64,000 nt of DNA from Octopus vulgaris (lineage: Eukaryota), in contig OX597814.1 of the NCBI GenBank assembly GCA_951406725.2, forward strand, positions 169,074,001 through 169,138,000, given 5' to 3'. Of this stretch, positions 1-12,652 are shown in pieces (the first letter of the stretch is position 1; every line of letters begins with the position of its first letter). The notes beneath the pieces were generated by a model. The model saw only the letters and a program-made list of their open reading frames with translations. It searched no databases and was not told the origin of the DNA. The position numbers and the translations under genes are program-made.

Positions 1-159
1 AAAATATCTACGATGTGTCAACGATTTAAAAAAAAATTTACCTTAATTTTTTTTCAATTTTTAATGCATTTTTTTGCTATTTTTTTGGCTATAACTCTCT
101 AAAAATGCTTATATAGTTATTTCCCTTACAACCCGAGCAACGCCGGGCGATACTGCTAG
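1..159 (+). mobile_element. 3' end of a non-autonomous Helitron
   Basis: Subterminal hairpin CCCGAGCAACGCCGGG, then terminal CTAG (156-159) followed by T. Same family as the complete copy at 42628-43025. Confidence 0.85.
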
Positions 160-184
160 TATATATATAAATAGATATATTTAT

Positions 185-224
<40 letters not shown>

Positions 225-365
225 TAGAGATAATTTTTCCTTGTAATTTGGACATACTCCCTTATATTATTAGTATATATATATTCTATAATTTATATAT
301 ATATATATATAAATAAATATATTTATTTATCTATCTATATATATATGTATACACACATATAATAA

Positions 366-435
<70 letters not shown>

Positions 436-559
436 ATATATATATATATATATATATACATACAAATAAATATATTTATCTATCTATATATATATACACA
501 CATAATGAATATATTTATCTATCTATATATATATATGTATACACACATAATTAATATAT

Positions 560-635
<76 letters not shown>
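160..635. repeat. Compound (TA)n/(TCTA)n microsatellite
   Basis: Read directly from the sequence. Confidence 0.95.
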
Positions 636-637
<2 letters not shown>

Positions 638-905
638 GTCCTCACCTTCGAAACACGCATGGAGTCGAACTAGGGACAGCTGATGAAGGGAATTTTTCCT
701 TGTGTAGTTTGTCTTGTACTCTGTTTTTTTTTCGTTGTTAAAAAAAGGTCCGTTTCCATGTTTGTTTTTACGTTTTGTTTCTCGTTGAGTTCTACGTCTA
801 TTTGTGGTGTCCTGTACTCACGTATATATATTTATATACGTATGTATATATACATGTAGATGTAGGTACGTACATATGTGTATGTATGTATGCATATATT
901 TTATT
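636..905 (+). mobile_element. TA-flanked non-coding repeat, family P1 (5'-truncated; carries the permuted hammerhead-like motif)
   Basis: Homologous to ~9815-10080 (+) and 63082-63290 (-). CCTTCGAAAC...CTGATGAAGG followed by a T-rich segment and TACATGTAGA(T/G)GTAGGTACGTACAT. Confidence 0.7.
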
Positions 906-981
906 TATCATATTATTGCATGACTGAGCGCCCTCGCGTCGTTTCGTTTCGTTTCGTTTCCTTTCTGTTCTCCCAGTAAGT

Positions 982-1051
<70 letters not shown>

Positions 1052-1242
1052 TAAATAGATAGATAGATAGAAAAATATATTTATTATATGCCAAATATAT
1101 ACGTTTTTATTATTATTTTGCAATTTACTTAATCATCGGTATATTATTGTTATTTTATTTTTTATATTTTTATTATATGTAATTTTCTAGATGGTGTAAT
1201 TTAATTGTTCATTTTGAATTGATAAAAGGTGTTTTTTTTCTA

Positions 1243-1301
<59 letters not shown>

Positions 1302-1304
<3 letters not shown>

Positions 1305-1345
1305 GCATACTTTGGCTTCAGTCGTTTCGATTTAAGTTGTTCTCG

Positions 1346-1387
<42 letters not shown>

Positions 1388-2135
1388 CATACTTTGGCTT
1401 CAGTCGTTTCGATTTAAGTTGTTCTCGATTATACATCGGTTTTCAAAAGTAATAGAAATAGAAATCAATTTAAGTAATTTTACTCGACTTTACGTCGGTC
1501 CGCCACAAATATTGGAATCGTAAAATCACTAGAAAAGCACATAAAATCATGTTACTGTACAATAAATAAGATTAAAAGCATATAAAATTATATTAAAACA
1601 TGTACAGTAAATGTTAAGATACACACCATAAAGAAGTGTAGCTTAGTGAACGACATCATGAAATCACGATATCACTTAATTGTATGTACGTATTGGTAAA
1701 TTTACAATAATTTAGTTTTTTTTTACTATAGCGAAATAATAATAATTATTATTGAATTTGTTTTTAAAGCTTAAAAAAGGTTTTTATTTTACTGTTTTAT
1801 TGCAAACTGCCTTCATAAATGAAGCGTCCGTGATGTACAGTAAACACTGCCAAATTGTATTCGTAAATCTAGATTACTTTTTTTTACTGTACTGTATTAA
1901 AAAATAATTATTCGTTTTGTTTGTAAGCTTAAAATAAGCTTTTATTAACCATATATTAGTAGAAATGCATTCATAAATAAAGTACAGAACTGGGAATGGT
2001 TATTATCGGTTTGGCCTGGAGATAAGTAAATTCGACCTAGCCTAGCCTAGAGACAAGTTAATTCACCTTAAGTCATTTTACGACTCAAGTCGTGTCCCCC
2101 GGAAACAATTAATGACGTAGGGTGAGGTATGTCTG
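1302..2135. mobile_element. Tigger/pogo-like MITE
   Basis: TA|CAGGCATAC... left end and ...GGTATGTCTG|TA right end, resembling Tigger TIRs. The left ~50 bp is duplicated. Confidence 0.6.
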
Positions 2136-2159
2136 TATTTGGACTTTCTTTCGTCTCCT

Positions 2160-2194
2160 GTTCCTGACGAAGTTCTTTGCTCGAAACGTAAAAC
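2160..2194 (+). ncRNA. Degenerate minimal type I hammerhead ribozyme motif (Penelope-type)
   Basis: CTGACGA (2164-2170), weak stem II, then GAAAC-GTA (2183-2190). Imperfect stem I GTTC/AAAC; followed by a T-rich segment. Confidence 0.45.
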
Positions 2195-2613
2195 CATCTT
2201 TCTTTTTTTTTACCCGAGTGTCTGCTAATACTTTGCATGTGCTACGTATCACGTTGTTGTCTTTTTCTTGTGCTTGTTTTTCGTTTTAATGTTTATATGC
2301 CAACAGAATGTGGCAGTCCTATAAAGGACGATGCTACTGTTGTTTTAGCCCCAGGAAAACATCTTTTCCAGCTGGCTATCGACACACAATTTGTGTACGT
2401 AGAGCATTTGCTGTGAGGTCATCGCTCCCATCTCTAGCCTTACGTGATGCTCACAGACCTAGGTTTCTGAATGTTATCCGTCCTCATTGTGAGACAACCA
2501 CAAGTTTGTCATGAACGCTCTCTCCACTTGCAAATACTATATATTTTGAAACGACACACAATCTCTGATCTCATATATACATATATATTTATAATGTCTG
2601 TGTGCGCGCGCGC

Positions 2614-2701
<88 letters not shown>

Positions 2702-3570
2702 ATCTATATTTCTAATTTACAATATTTCTAGAAGAATTTCTGCCTTATCTTCTTGTAAGGAAGTTTTCGATAGCAACTCGGATTACTATAATCAGGCTGA
2801 TTGCAATATGAAAATAGAATGTCTAGATATTTCTAGCAATGAATATACTGATAAATCGAAACTTACTAGTAATGGTTATGGATTTGATTTTAAATGTCCC
2901 AAATCTAAACGAAAGGGTAAATATGAATCAGAAAGTGGGCATAACTACTGTGAGAGTAATCCTCTAAGTCCAGTTACTAATGTCCGCAAATATAAATATA
3001 ATTATGTGATAAAAGGTTATAATTCTAAATTGGTCTATATAAGGTGAATAAGCTAGGCCATTCTAATTTAGTTTTGGACAAGAGTAACATTATATGGTAT
3101 GTTATTCCCTATGCCAGTTAATTAAAAAGAAACTTAGTTGGAGCCGTGTATCAATTGTTTCTAAAACACTTTAATAAAAAAGGAAATGTAATGAGGTTTT
3201 GAATCCGAGATCCATTAAGGTTGCTTTTTCGGTCTCTCAGAATTGATCTCAGATTATTTCTTCTATTAATGGAAAGAAATTATCCAGTTTTTATCTTCGC
3301 GATAACTTGGTTAATTCTAGCGAGACTGATTCCATGAGTACCAATGTTAATGACTTTCCTAATAGCCGGTTTGGTAACGATAGTTTGAATTCTTATATAA
3401 ATTTCAATAATAGTGGAGGTAATAGCCTTTCACTTAATGGATAATTCAATTGTTGAAGGTGCAAGTAGGGGTGAGAATTTCCTTTGTGATTGTAAAAACA
3501 AAGAAAATTGTTTATTTGGTCATTTTTGTAAGCGTAAGGAAGTCGTCTATCAAGTTAAAGTTATTTCTGA

Positions 3571-3800
3571 AGGCGGCGAGCTGGCAGAAACGTCAGCACG
3601 CCGGGCGAAATGAGTAACCATATTTCGTCTGCCGTTACGTTCTGAGTTCAAATTCCGCCGAGGTCGACTTTGCCTTTCATCCTTTCGGGGTCGATAAATT
3701 AAGTACCAGTTACGCACTGAGGTCGATGTAATCGAATTAATCCGTTTGTCTGTCCTTGTTTGTCCCCTCTGTGTGTAGCCCTTGTGGGTAGTAAAGAAAT
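3571..3800 (+). mobile_element. tRNA-derived SINE, family A
   Basis: GGCGGCGAGCTGGCAGAA head, B-box-like GAGTTCAAATTCC, core GCCTTTCATCCTTTCGGGGTCGATAAA. 12-bp TSD AGTTATTTCTGA. Confidence 0.9.
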
Positions 3801-4158
3801 AGTTATTTCTGAGGGTAATGATTACTTTTATATTAGTTCCTCTGTAAATTATATTAAGAAGAGGGTTCCAAATCATTGCCATTATTTTAGGGACAGAAAT
3901 AGGGCTTCTACTAGTTTTAGTAATTTTATCTGGAATCTTAAAGATAATAAATAAAACGTACTTTATTGAATGGAGCATTTGGGGGACGGCCCCGGCTTAT
4001 AGGATTGGTAATAAGTTCTGCTCTCTTTGTTCTGAGGAATTATTTTTTATTCTTTTTTCTAGAAGAAGGCTGTTAAACTCTAAATCTGAAAAGGGTTTTT
4101 TTCTATATTCATAAGAATGAATATGTGTTTAAATATTTCAATTAAGTATGTCTATTAT

Positions 4159-4440
4159 GGAGGCGCAATGGCCTCGCGGTCGTAGGATCGTGGTTTCGAT
4201 TCCCAGACCGGGCGTTGTGAGTGTTTATTGAGCTAAAACTCCACGAGGCTCCGGCAAGGGGTGGTGGCGATCCCTGCTGTACTCTTTCGCCACAACTTTC
4301 TCTCACTCTTTCTTCTGTTGGCCTGCTCGCTTAGCCAGCGGGGTGGCGTCATTTGAAGGCTAAAACAATGCGAAGCGCATTGTGACCAGCGATGTGTAAC
4401 AACATCTGATAGCGTGGTCGGTCACGGTGATCACGGTGAT
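4159..4440 (+). mobile_element. tRNA-derived SINE, family C variant
   Basis: GGAGGCGCAATGGCC head, GGTTTCGATTCC B-box, repeated CACGGTGAT tail. 10-bp TSD ATGTCTATTA. Confidence 0.8.
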
Positions 4441-5862
4441 GTCTATTAGAGGTGTTATATTCTATCTAGTTTTATTTTGATTTAGTGGTTTTTGAGAGTT
4501 TGATAATTTCGGTTTCACCCTTTGTATTTAGTACTCAAGTTGGTTCCTCTCTCATTGTTTCTTTTATTAAAAAAAAATTTTTTTTAATTTTATAATTTTT
4601 TTAATCTAAAAAAAAATTAATTTAATTTTCAAGATATTGTGAGTATTTTTAATTTTGGTTCATCTGTGATTGGGAAACGGTGGATTTTTACATTTAATTC
4701 ATTTAATTATCTATTATCTTACTACCGTTTTGATACTTCTATATATGTATCTATTTATTAGTTGACCCCGTGCCGTTTGTAATTGAAGGCTAATTGTTAT
4801 TTAAACAAGCTACAAAATGCAGTACAGAATTTTTACAGATACAAACGCTCACATATTTCCCAAACGCACGCATACACACACATACTCAAACAAAATTGGA
4901 ATGATATCAGACTTTTTTAATTTTCAGAGTTGTACGTTTCCATTACGCACGCACACACTGACTCACACACACACACACACACACATACACACAAACACAT
5001 GCACACGCACACACAAACATTCACATATCTCTCTTTTTCATACACACATATATACGCATATACTCACACAGAGTTGAATGGAGGTTTTCACTTTATTCGC
5101 CCCTTCCTTTCTCATTCATATGTTAAGAACAGAAGATACACTCCGCGTTCTTCTTTCTCAAACGGTTCTTATCTTCTCTCACTCTATCAGTCATGGCTAT
5201 TACTCTCTACCTCTCCTTCACTGTATTACTATTTTTCTCTCCTCTTCCTTCACTGATGCTACTCTTTCTCTTTCTTCGTTCTACTGTTTTACTTGTAGAA
5301 GGCTATTTTGTAAACAAAAGAATTGTTTTTTGTTTTTTGCTTTTGTTTTTATTTTTATTTTCAATTTCGTTTTATATTACAATATTTTAAACTTTGAATT
5401 AGGACATTTATTACTTTTTAGTGGATAATATATCGGTTTGTAGTTATTAATTTTAATTTTTGATTAGATAACCCTCTTATTTTTTGTAGTTAATTTTTGT
5501 TTCATTAAATTTATCTGATTTTTCTAGATATTTACATATCGTGAGTTGTAACGTTAATAAAACGCTGGAGTGTTTTTTTTTTAATATATATTTTTCTGGT
5601 TTTGAATATTTGGCGTTCTAGTTATCTTCCATTCTATTATAATTTGTTCATTCCCGTCTGGGCTATGAAAGGTCTTTGTATATTTTTGTTGGTCGTAATT
5701 ATTCATACCAGTATGTAATTCCTGACGAAGAATTTAATTTTTATTTCTTGAAGAGTTTTTCGTTTTTGTCTTTGGAATTAATTGGACTCTGAAGCAATTT
5801 GTAGAATAAGTAGAAAGATATTTTTCAACACATAAATACTTAACAGTATATAGAAAGGATAA

Positions 5863-6203
5863 GGATCTTTTCACTTTAATAACGATAAGCTTTTATTCAT
5901 GCGAACATAACTGATATGAAATATGTCATAAATAACCGTGACATTTTCGTATGACACCGCAAATTATTGTTGTTGACAGACTATGGCAGAAATTGAATTC
6001 ACCTCAATAGACGTCATTGATTGGTTGAAATTGCCGAAATGCAAGAAATTAAACAACAAATAGCTTACAAACTACAGAATTTTCTCAAGAAAGCCAAGAG
6101 AAAAAGATGTTTTATAAACACATTCTACCAGTATATGAAGGTTAAAAGTGTTTAGTTACAAAGAAATTATTTTAAAAATCTGCCGGTCAAAGCGAAAAGA
6201 TCC
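5863..6203. mobile_element. Merlin-type MITE
   Basis: TIR GGATCTTTTC...GAAAAGATCC with a perfect 8-bp TSD AAGGATAA. Confidence 0.8.
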
Positions 6204-6394
6204 AAGGATAAAATCCTTTTGAGAGCAGAAAAAACCGGGGTTTTCCGAAAATCCGCCCATAGGCGTTTATTTGGATGGGTGATTATTTGAGGTTAAAATT
6301 TGAAACAGAGTTAGTGTTCTTGATTCCACATTCTGTTTAGACGTTCATTTGCTCTACGTTTGTAGATAAATTCAAAGGATTTTTATTCCCAATA

Positions 6395-8500
6395 ATGGAG
6401 TCGAAAGAAAATATATCAAAACGTTTTCAACGATCATATACCATTAATGAAAAATTGAGTGCTATTAAACGAGTGAAAGAACATTCTGGTAATTTATCTG
6501 CTGTGTCAAGAGACAGGTATTGATAGAAAGCGATTGAGAGAATGGTGCACAAAAGAAACTGAGTTAATCCATGTCAGACAAGAGGAGGTGCAGATCAATT
6601 GGTGGAGGTAGAGATCTAGAGATTGAACTCTTACAGTGGATTGTTGTTCAGCGTGCAAACAATATAATTGTAAATTATCACTGTTTACGGGAATATACTT
6701 TTGAATTGGTAAAAAGGTTTGGAATTGAAATGAACAGCTTTAGATGTTCTAATAAATGGATTTTCAATTTCATGAAACGGAATAAACTGACTGAGAAAGA
6801 TTACACATGTTGGTCAAGCAGACAATAAAACACTTGGAGAAAAGGCACAAATCGCCTGTGACTATTTAGATAGCATTCCAGTATTAACAGCAGATAAGGA
6901 TACTGACCAGATTTATAATATGGATGAAACACCTGTATACGTTGACATGTTGAGTTCAACAACCATATACTTTGTTGGCAATAAAAATGTAGATGCTAGC
7001 CACTGTGGTGCTACTAAATTTCGTTTTACTGCTGTGTTGTGTGTTAATGCTGTAGGAAAGGTGTTGAAAATAATGATTATCCTTAAAGGATTAAAAAACG
7101 TGCCTAAAATCAAGGTCCCAAAGAATATTCACTTAACAGTCTCCATCAAGGGATCAATCACATATGAACTGATGGAGCTGTGGGCTGACAAAGTGTTTGG
7201 GCAGAGAACAGCACAACTATTCTATGCTCAAAATTCAGTGCTATTCATGGATGAATGCTCAGTGCACAAGAAAACAAAACTCCTAGAAGTATTCAAATGT
7301 AGGAATACAATTCTCAAACTTATACCTCCTAAAACAACATCTTACTCGCAGCCGTTAGATGTATAGCGAACCTTGCATGCATGAAGTGGATTCGATCCAC
7401 CACAGCCAAATTTAAATTAACACTGCTACAGAAATTTTCCCATGATGGAACAATGATTTTTCTCTGACAGCAGTTTTACATCTTCCAGATGCCTTTAGCT
7501 AGGCCGAAATAATGTCTTCACCACTTGACCCTTTCTAACCTCTTCTACTTCACCAAAAGCTAGAATAGATAACAAGACCACCAACTAAATCTATTGTTCT
7601 CAAATGATATATCTATCCTTCTGGATCTTTATATAAGCAAGCTTACCCCAAGCAAAAATCAGTTAGTCACCAGCCGGGTGACGACTCAACGGAGTTAAGG
7701 AAAAGACTGCTAGAATCATGACCACAAGGAATGTAGCTACTAAAGGTAATGATCAGCGAGAGAAATGAAATTTACTGTCAGACAACATCCAACACTTCTC
7801 TCTAGCTCTAATTCTGTTCTCTTACAACATCATTCTATCTGTCTCCACAATTACTACTAAACAATGAAGAGAACTCAAACTCAAACATTCTGCCGCATCT
7901 AACTTTCGCATGCTTTTGGCTTTATCAACCTGCCCGTCGAGGCAAGGTATTGAAACGTAACGGTAAGTAAACATTTCCTTAAAACTTCATGAATTGTTCA
8001 TCTTACACATTTTACAACTTGCCGTTTTAATAACAAACTCTTATCGTCACAACTGCTGACTCCAACATTTCATAAAATTGTTTACTAATCAATTTCTCCT
8101 GTTACAATTGGTAACCTAACCACACCAAGAGAAAACAATTTCTTGCCGTTACAGATGTATCAATTATTTGTTCTTTCAAGAAAGCCCTTTGTGCTGAATG
8201 GGAAAATTGGTTTTCAAACAGCAAAAAGGAGTATACAAATAAAGGATATCGCAAAAACCTTCTTATCAAGAGATAATGAAGCTTGTGACCTAAGCTGTTG
8301 TCACTTTAAATGAAGAAACAATAAAGCGTGCTTTTGAATGTTGTAGAATTGCTCCTCGTGGACAGACTGTAGAGAATAGCCTCTTAAACTCACGCTTACA
8401 GGATGTTTTGTCTGGCCTTGAGGTAAATTCACCAGATGCACATAATGACAAAATTGAAGAAGATGAGATACAAGTAAATGAAATTTGCTCTGATGTGAAT
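6395..8500 (+). pseudogene. pogo transposase (HTH, CENP-B-type HTH, DDE_1); frameshifted and interrupted
   Basis: MESKENISKRFQRSYTINEKL...; LEIELLQWI...SNKWIFNFMKRN; MDETPV, FMDECSVHK, IPPKTTSYSQPLDV. Reading resumes after the insertion as SIICSFKKALCAEWENWF. Confidence 0.88.
7365..8152. mobile_element. Unclassified ~790-bp insertion in the pogo transposase (possible solo LTR)
   Basis: Flanked by direct repeat AGATGTAT (7357-7364 and 8153-8160). Removal restores ...PLDVSI... Confidence 0.65.
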
Positions 8501-9309
8501 TATGACCAAGCAATAAATGAAGAAATTCGTGATATTTAACTTGAAACTATTCGGTTATTATTCTACCATAAATGCCCAAGGACATTATTTTTTTCATATG
8601 AGGCTTCTATTCATGTTTTCAACAGTTTAATTTTCAATATTTCCTAATAGATCCATTGTTAACATCAGAATATTTTTTAATATGCTACTTCTTTCAAGGC
8701 TGTTTCAGTTTCTTTATGTCTAAATATCTGATAACTGAAACGATAGAAGTTTAATGGAATTGTATAAAATAAATATGGTTTTTCAGAATATCTTTGTTTT
8801 TCCTAGGTGAAATATTTTACTTCCATATTACCACCCGTGGACGCTTATTATAGGTGGGCGGTTATTTAAGCCAAAAAATTGTTTTGTAAAATAGAATTTT
8901 ACGTTTAACAGCCCTGGGCGGATTTTCGGAAAACACCGGTATATACTGTTCTTTTATTACGTGTTGAAAGAATATATCTTTCTAATTGCTCTTCAATACA
9001 TTTCAACGCTTCAAAAACAAACTCATATTTTTTTTACATATGACGTGATTTGTAGAATGTATATTGGTTCTGTACCAACCTGGATTGTGAATTAAAGTTC
9101 GTCTACATCTACAATTTTTCCTTTCCTTACACTTCATTTATTGTGTTTGCATATACTGAAAATGCATTTTATATACTCATATATGCGTGTATATATACAT
9201 GTAGAGGTAGGTACGTACATATATGTATATATATATATGCATATGTTTTATTTATTAATATATTATATGACGGAACGCACGCATCCCTTTCTAAGTAAGA
9301 TTATTCTTG

Positions 9310-10074
9310 ATATTAATTTTGATGCGCACTCTTAACCTTTCTGTCCCCTCCCTTTCTCAGCCTTCATTCTCTGATTTCCTTTTCTTCTACTTAACTGTCT
9401 CTCCCTCTCCCTCATTCTTCACTCTCCCTCTCTCTCATTCTTCATTCTTTCTGGTTTCCTCACAACCATTCCCCTTTCTTCTCTCCCTTTCTCTTACTCC
9501 TCCTCCTCCCTCCCGCCGTTAACCCGCGACGAGAGCCTTGCCACCTTCTTTCTTGCCTGACCTTCTTGAGGTGTGGACGGCAATTTTCTTTGCCCCCTTC
9601 GCCGTCCAAAGAAATAGCGTTCGTAATACTTTTTTTCATTCGGCTTAACAGCCCTTCTTGTCTTGTTATTTTCCTTGTCCTGTCTTTTACTGCTTATATT
9701 TTGTACTGTCGTTACTGTCCTGTTTTTGTTACCATTTTTACCTCTCTGCAAAAAGATCTCAAATTTTATTTGATTTGCTTTTCGCAGGAAGGGAAGTTTC
9801 TATCGAAGATACGTCTCGCCTTCACCTTCGAAACGTAGAGTAGATGAAACCATGGTGACTGAAGAAGGGGTTTTTTCCTTGTGTTATTTGTCCTGTACTC
9901 TTTTTTTTGTTGTTGTTTAAGGAAAGTGTCCAGTTCCTTGGGTTTGTGTCTATGTTTTCGTTTCTCATTGTGTTCGACGTTTTTTTTGTGTCCTGTACTC
10001 ATATATGCGTGTATATATACATGTAGAGGTAGGTACGTACATATATGTATATATATATGCATATGTTTTATTTA

Positions 10075-10080
<6 letters not shown>
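9310..10080 (+). mobile_element. TA-flanked non-coding repeat, family P1 (longest copy)
   Basis: Homologous to 63082-63450 (-) and 636-905; ends in (TA)n. Contains the intact permuted hammerhead-like motif at 9810-9870. Left boundary approximate. Confidence 0.7.
9810..9870 (+). ncRNA. Candidate hammerhead ribozyme with non-canonical strand order
   Basis: UACG-UC|UCGCC ... CUUC-GAA-ACGUA ... GGUGA-CUGAAGA-A-GGGG. All core nucleotides and three helices present. Confidence 0.6.
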
Positions 10081-10109
<29 letters not shown>

Positions 10110-10173
10110 TTTACTTTAAGTGTACTGGCAGACTTGGATGTTTGACATTCCTTTGAAGGATTTCGGTCCTCAC

Positions 10174-10238
<65 letters not shown>

Positions 10239-10426
10239 ATAAGTTGACATAATATAATGTCTAAAAGTTGATGAAGCACATATTGATTCCCTCCATTTTC
10301 GTATTGCTCTCTATATACCTCTTATATATATATATTTGTATGTATGCTTGTTTTTTATTTTTTTTTTATGTATAAATACAAATTTATATGTTTATACATA
10401 TATATGCATATATGTACATATATATG

Positions 10427-10481
<55 letters not shown>

Positions 10482-10706
10482 TGACCCACGTTCGACTATA
10501 TAATACACAAACACAAAGACACACACACCACACACACACTAAACACACACACACACAACACACAACACACAGAACACACACACACACACACACAGAAAAA
10601 ACCATTCGACCCACGTTCGACTCCTCTTTCGTATAATTATCGAGGCTGGAGCTTACCCATGGTCTATCCATAGCCCTTACGTAGCGTACACCAATACCTT
10701 TCATAT

Positions 10707-10760
<54 letters not shown>

Positions 10761-10777
10761 AACATATACATCTATGT

Positions 10778-10808
<31 letters not shown>

Positions 10809-10830
10809 AACATATACATCTATGTATATA

Positions 10831-10888
<58 letters not shown>

Positions 10889-11009
10889 CATATATATATA
10901 TATATGTATACATGTATAAATGTAATATATAATGCGAGGTAATAGTTTCGCTATAAATAGTGAAACTGTTAAAAGTGAAAATAATACAAGTGAAACTATT
11001 ATCTCAGAT

Positions 11010-11261
11010 TACAATAGGGATGTTATTGTTTCACTTTTGACACATAATACCGAAACAGTGTAAGAGATTGCTCCGGGCTCGCATTTGGCAAGAAGCTGAA
11101 AATTTTTGGCACATGTCTCTCCATGGACCTAAGTAGTGCATCTGTAAAATTTTAATGAAATCGGTTGGGCAGGTCTCGAGTTTTAGTGATGCACACACAT
11201 ACACACACACACGCACACACACACGCACACACACACACATTATCAGTTTTATATATATAGA
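11010..11261 (-). mobile_element. Helitron 5' end fragment
   Basis: Minus strand begins A|TCTATATATATAAAA, the same 5' architecture as the 42628-43025 Helitron. 3' end not found. Confidence 0.5.
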
Positions 11262-11711
11262 TATAATATGTGTGTGTGTGGGAGTGTCTATGTATATATA
11301 TATGTGTGTGCGTGTGTATGTGTATGTGTTTGTGTGTGAGTATCTAAGTATAAATGTATGTGTGTATGTGTGTGTGTGCACGCGTCTTTATGTCTGTCAG
11401 CTTCACTCTCATCGCTTGACAACCGGTGTTGGTTATCTCACGTCTCCATTGCATTGTGGTTCAACGAAATAGACCGACAGCATGAATGCTACACTAAAAA
11501 CCAAGCATAAGGTCTGGGGTCGATTTATTCGACTAAATCCTTTCAAAGTGGTGCTCTACCATGACTACTGTCCGGTAACTGAACATTTCAGTCATCTGAC
11601 TGCGTTCATGGTGGGATTATCACCTTCAGATATTTCATTCGTTGTATGAAATATTAGTTGCAATATACATAATTTCATGCTTCAGTAGCAATGTCATTAT
11701 GTATGAAACTA

Positions 11712-12090
11712 AAGGCGGCGAGCTGGCAGAATCGTTAGCACGTCCGACGAAATGCTTCGCGGTAATTCGTCTGCTGTTACGTTCTGAGTTCAAATTCCAC
11801 CGAGGTCGACTCTGCCTTTCATCCGTTCGGGGACGATAAATTAAGTACCAGTTGCATACTGAGATCGATCCAATCGGCTGACCCCTCCCCCAAAATTTCA
11901 GGCCTAGTACCTAAAGCAGAAAAATTACTAAAAAAGGCGGAGAGCAGGCAGAAACGTTTGCACGCCGTGTGAAATGCTTAGCAGTATTTCGTCTGTCTTT
12001 ATGTTCTGAGTTCAGATTCCGCCGAGGTCGACTTTGCCTTTTATCCTTCGGGGTCGATAAATTAAGTACCAGTTGCGTACAGGGGTCGCT
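11712..12090 (+). mobile_element. Two tandem family A SINEs
   Basis: Heads at ~11712 and ~11935 with the shared core. Confidence 0.85.
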
Positions 12091-12151
12091 CTAACACTGA
12101 ACTACGCCATTGGTTGTAATTGTTTGGGGAGTAACTTGATCTGAGAGCGTA

Positions 12152-12569
12152 TACTCTTTACTCTTTTACTTGTTTCAGTCATTTGACTGCGGCCATGCTG
12201 GAGCACCGCCTTTAGTCGAGCAAATCGACTCCCAGGACTTATTCTTTGTAAGCCTAGTACTTATTCTATCGGTCTCTTTTGCTGAACCACTAAGTTACGG
12301 GGACGTAAACACACCAGCATCGGTTGTCAAGCGATGTTGGGGGGTGGGGGACAAACACAGACACACATACACACACACACATATATATATATATATACAT
12401 TTATACGACGGGCTTCTTTCAGTTTCCGTCTACCAAATCCACTCACAAGGCTTTGGTCGGCCCGAGGCTACAGTAGAACACACTTGCTCAAGGTGCCACG
12501 CAGTGGGACTGAACCCGGAACCATGTGGTTGGTAAGCAAGCTACTTACCACACAGCCACTCCTGCGCCC
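12152..12569 (-). mobile_element. tRNA-derived SINE, family B (CORE-like), full length
   Basis: Head GGCGCAGGAGTGGCTGTGTGGTAAG, CCTTG(A/G)GCAAGT CORE-like motif, internal microsatellite, tail GACTGAAACAAGTAAAAGAG. Confidence 0.9.
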
Positions 12570-12619
12570 AAAAATATGGAACGCTTCCCGAATTTGTGTG
12601 TAATCCTTGCGCAGGGGCC

Positions 12620-12652
<33 letters not shown>

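Larger units (their letters stand above)
6235..8939 (+). mobile_element. pogo/Tigger-family DNA transposon, full length, defective
   Basis: ~25-bp TIRs CCGG(G/T)GTTTTCCGAAAATCCGCCCA, TA at the right end, internal transposase. Confidence 0.9.

Noticed and set aside
2720-4560. Possible decayed LINE ORF1 on the minus strand
   Set aside because: Composition is suggestive, but no diagnostic motif could be read; left uncalled.
10105-10160. GTGAGGA-CC-GAAA hammerhead-like string on the minus strand
   Set aside because: No CUGANGA core and stems do not close in any strand order.
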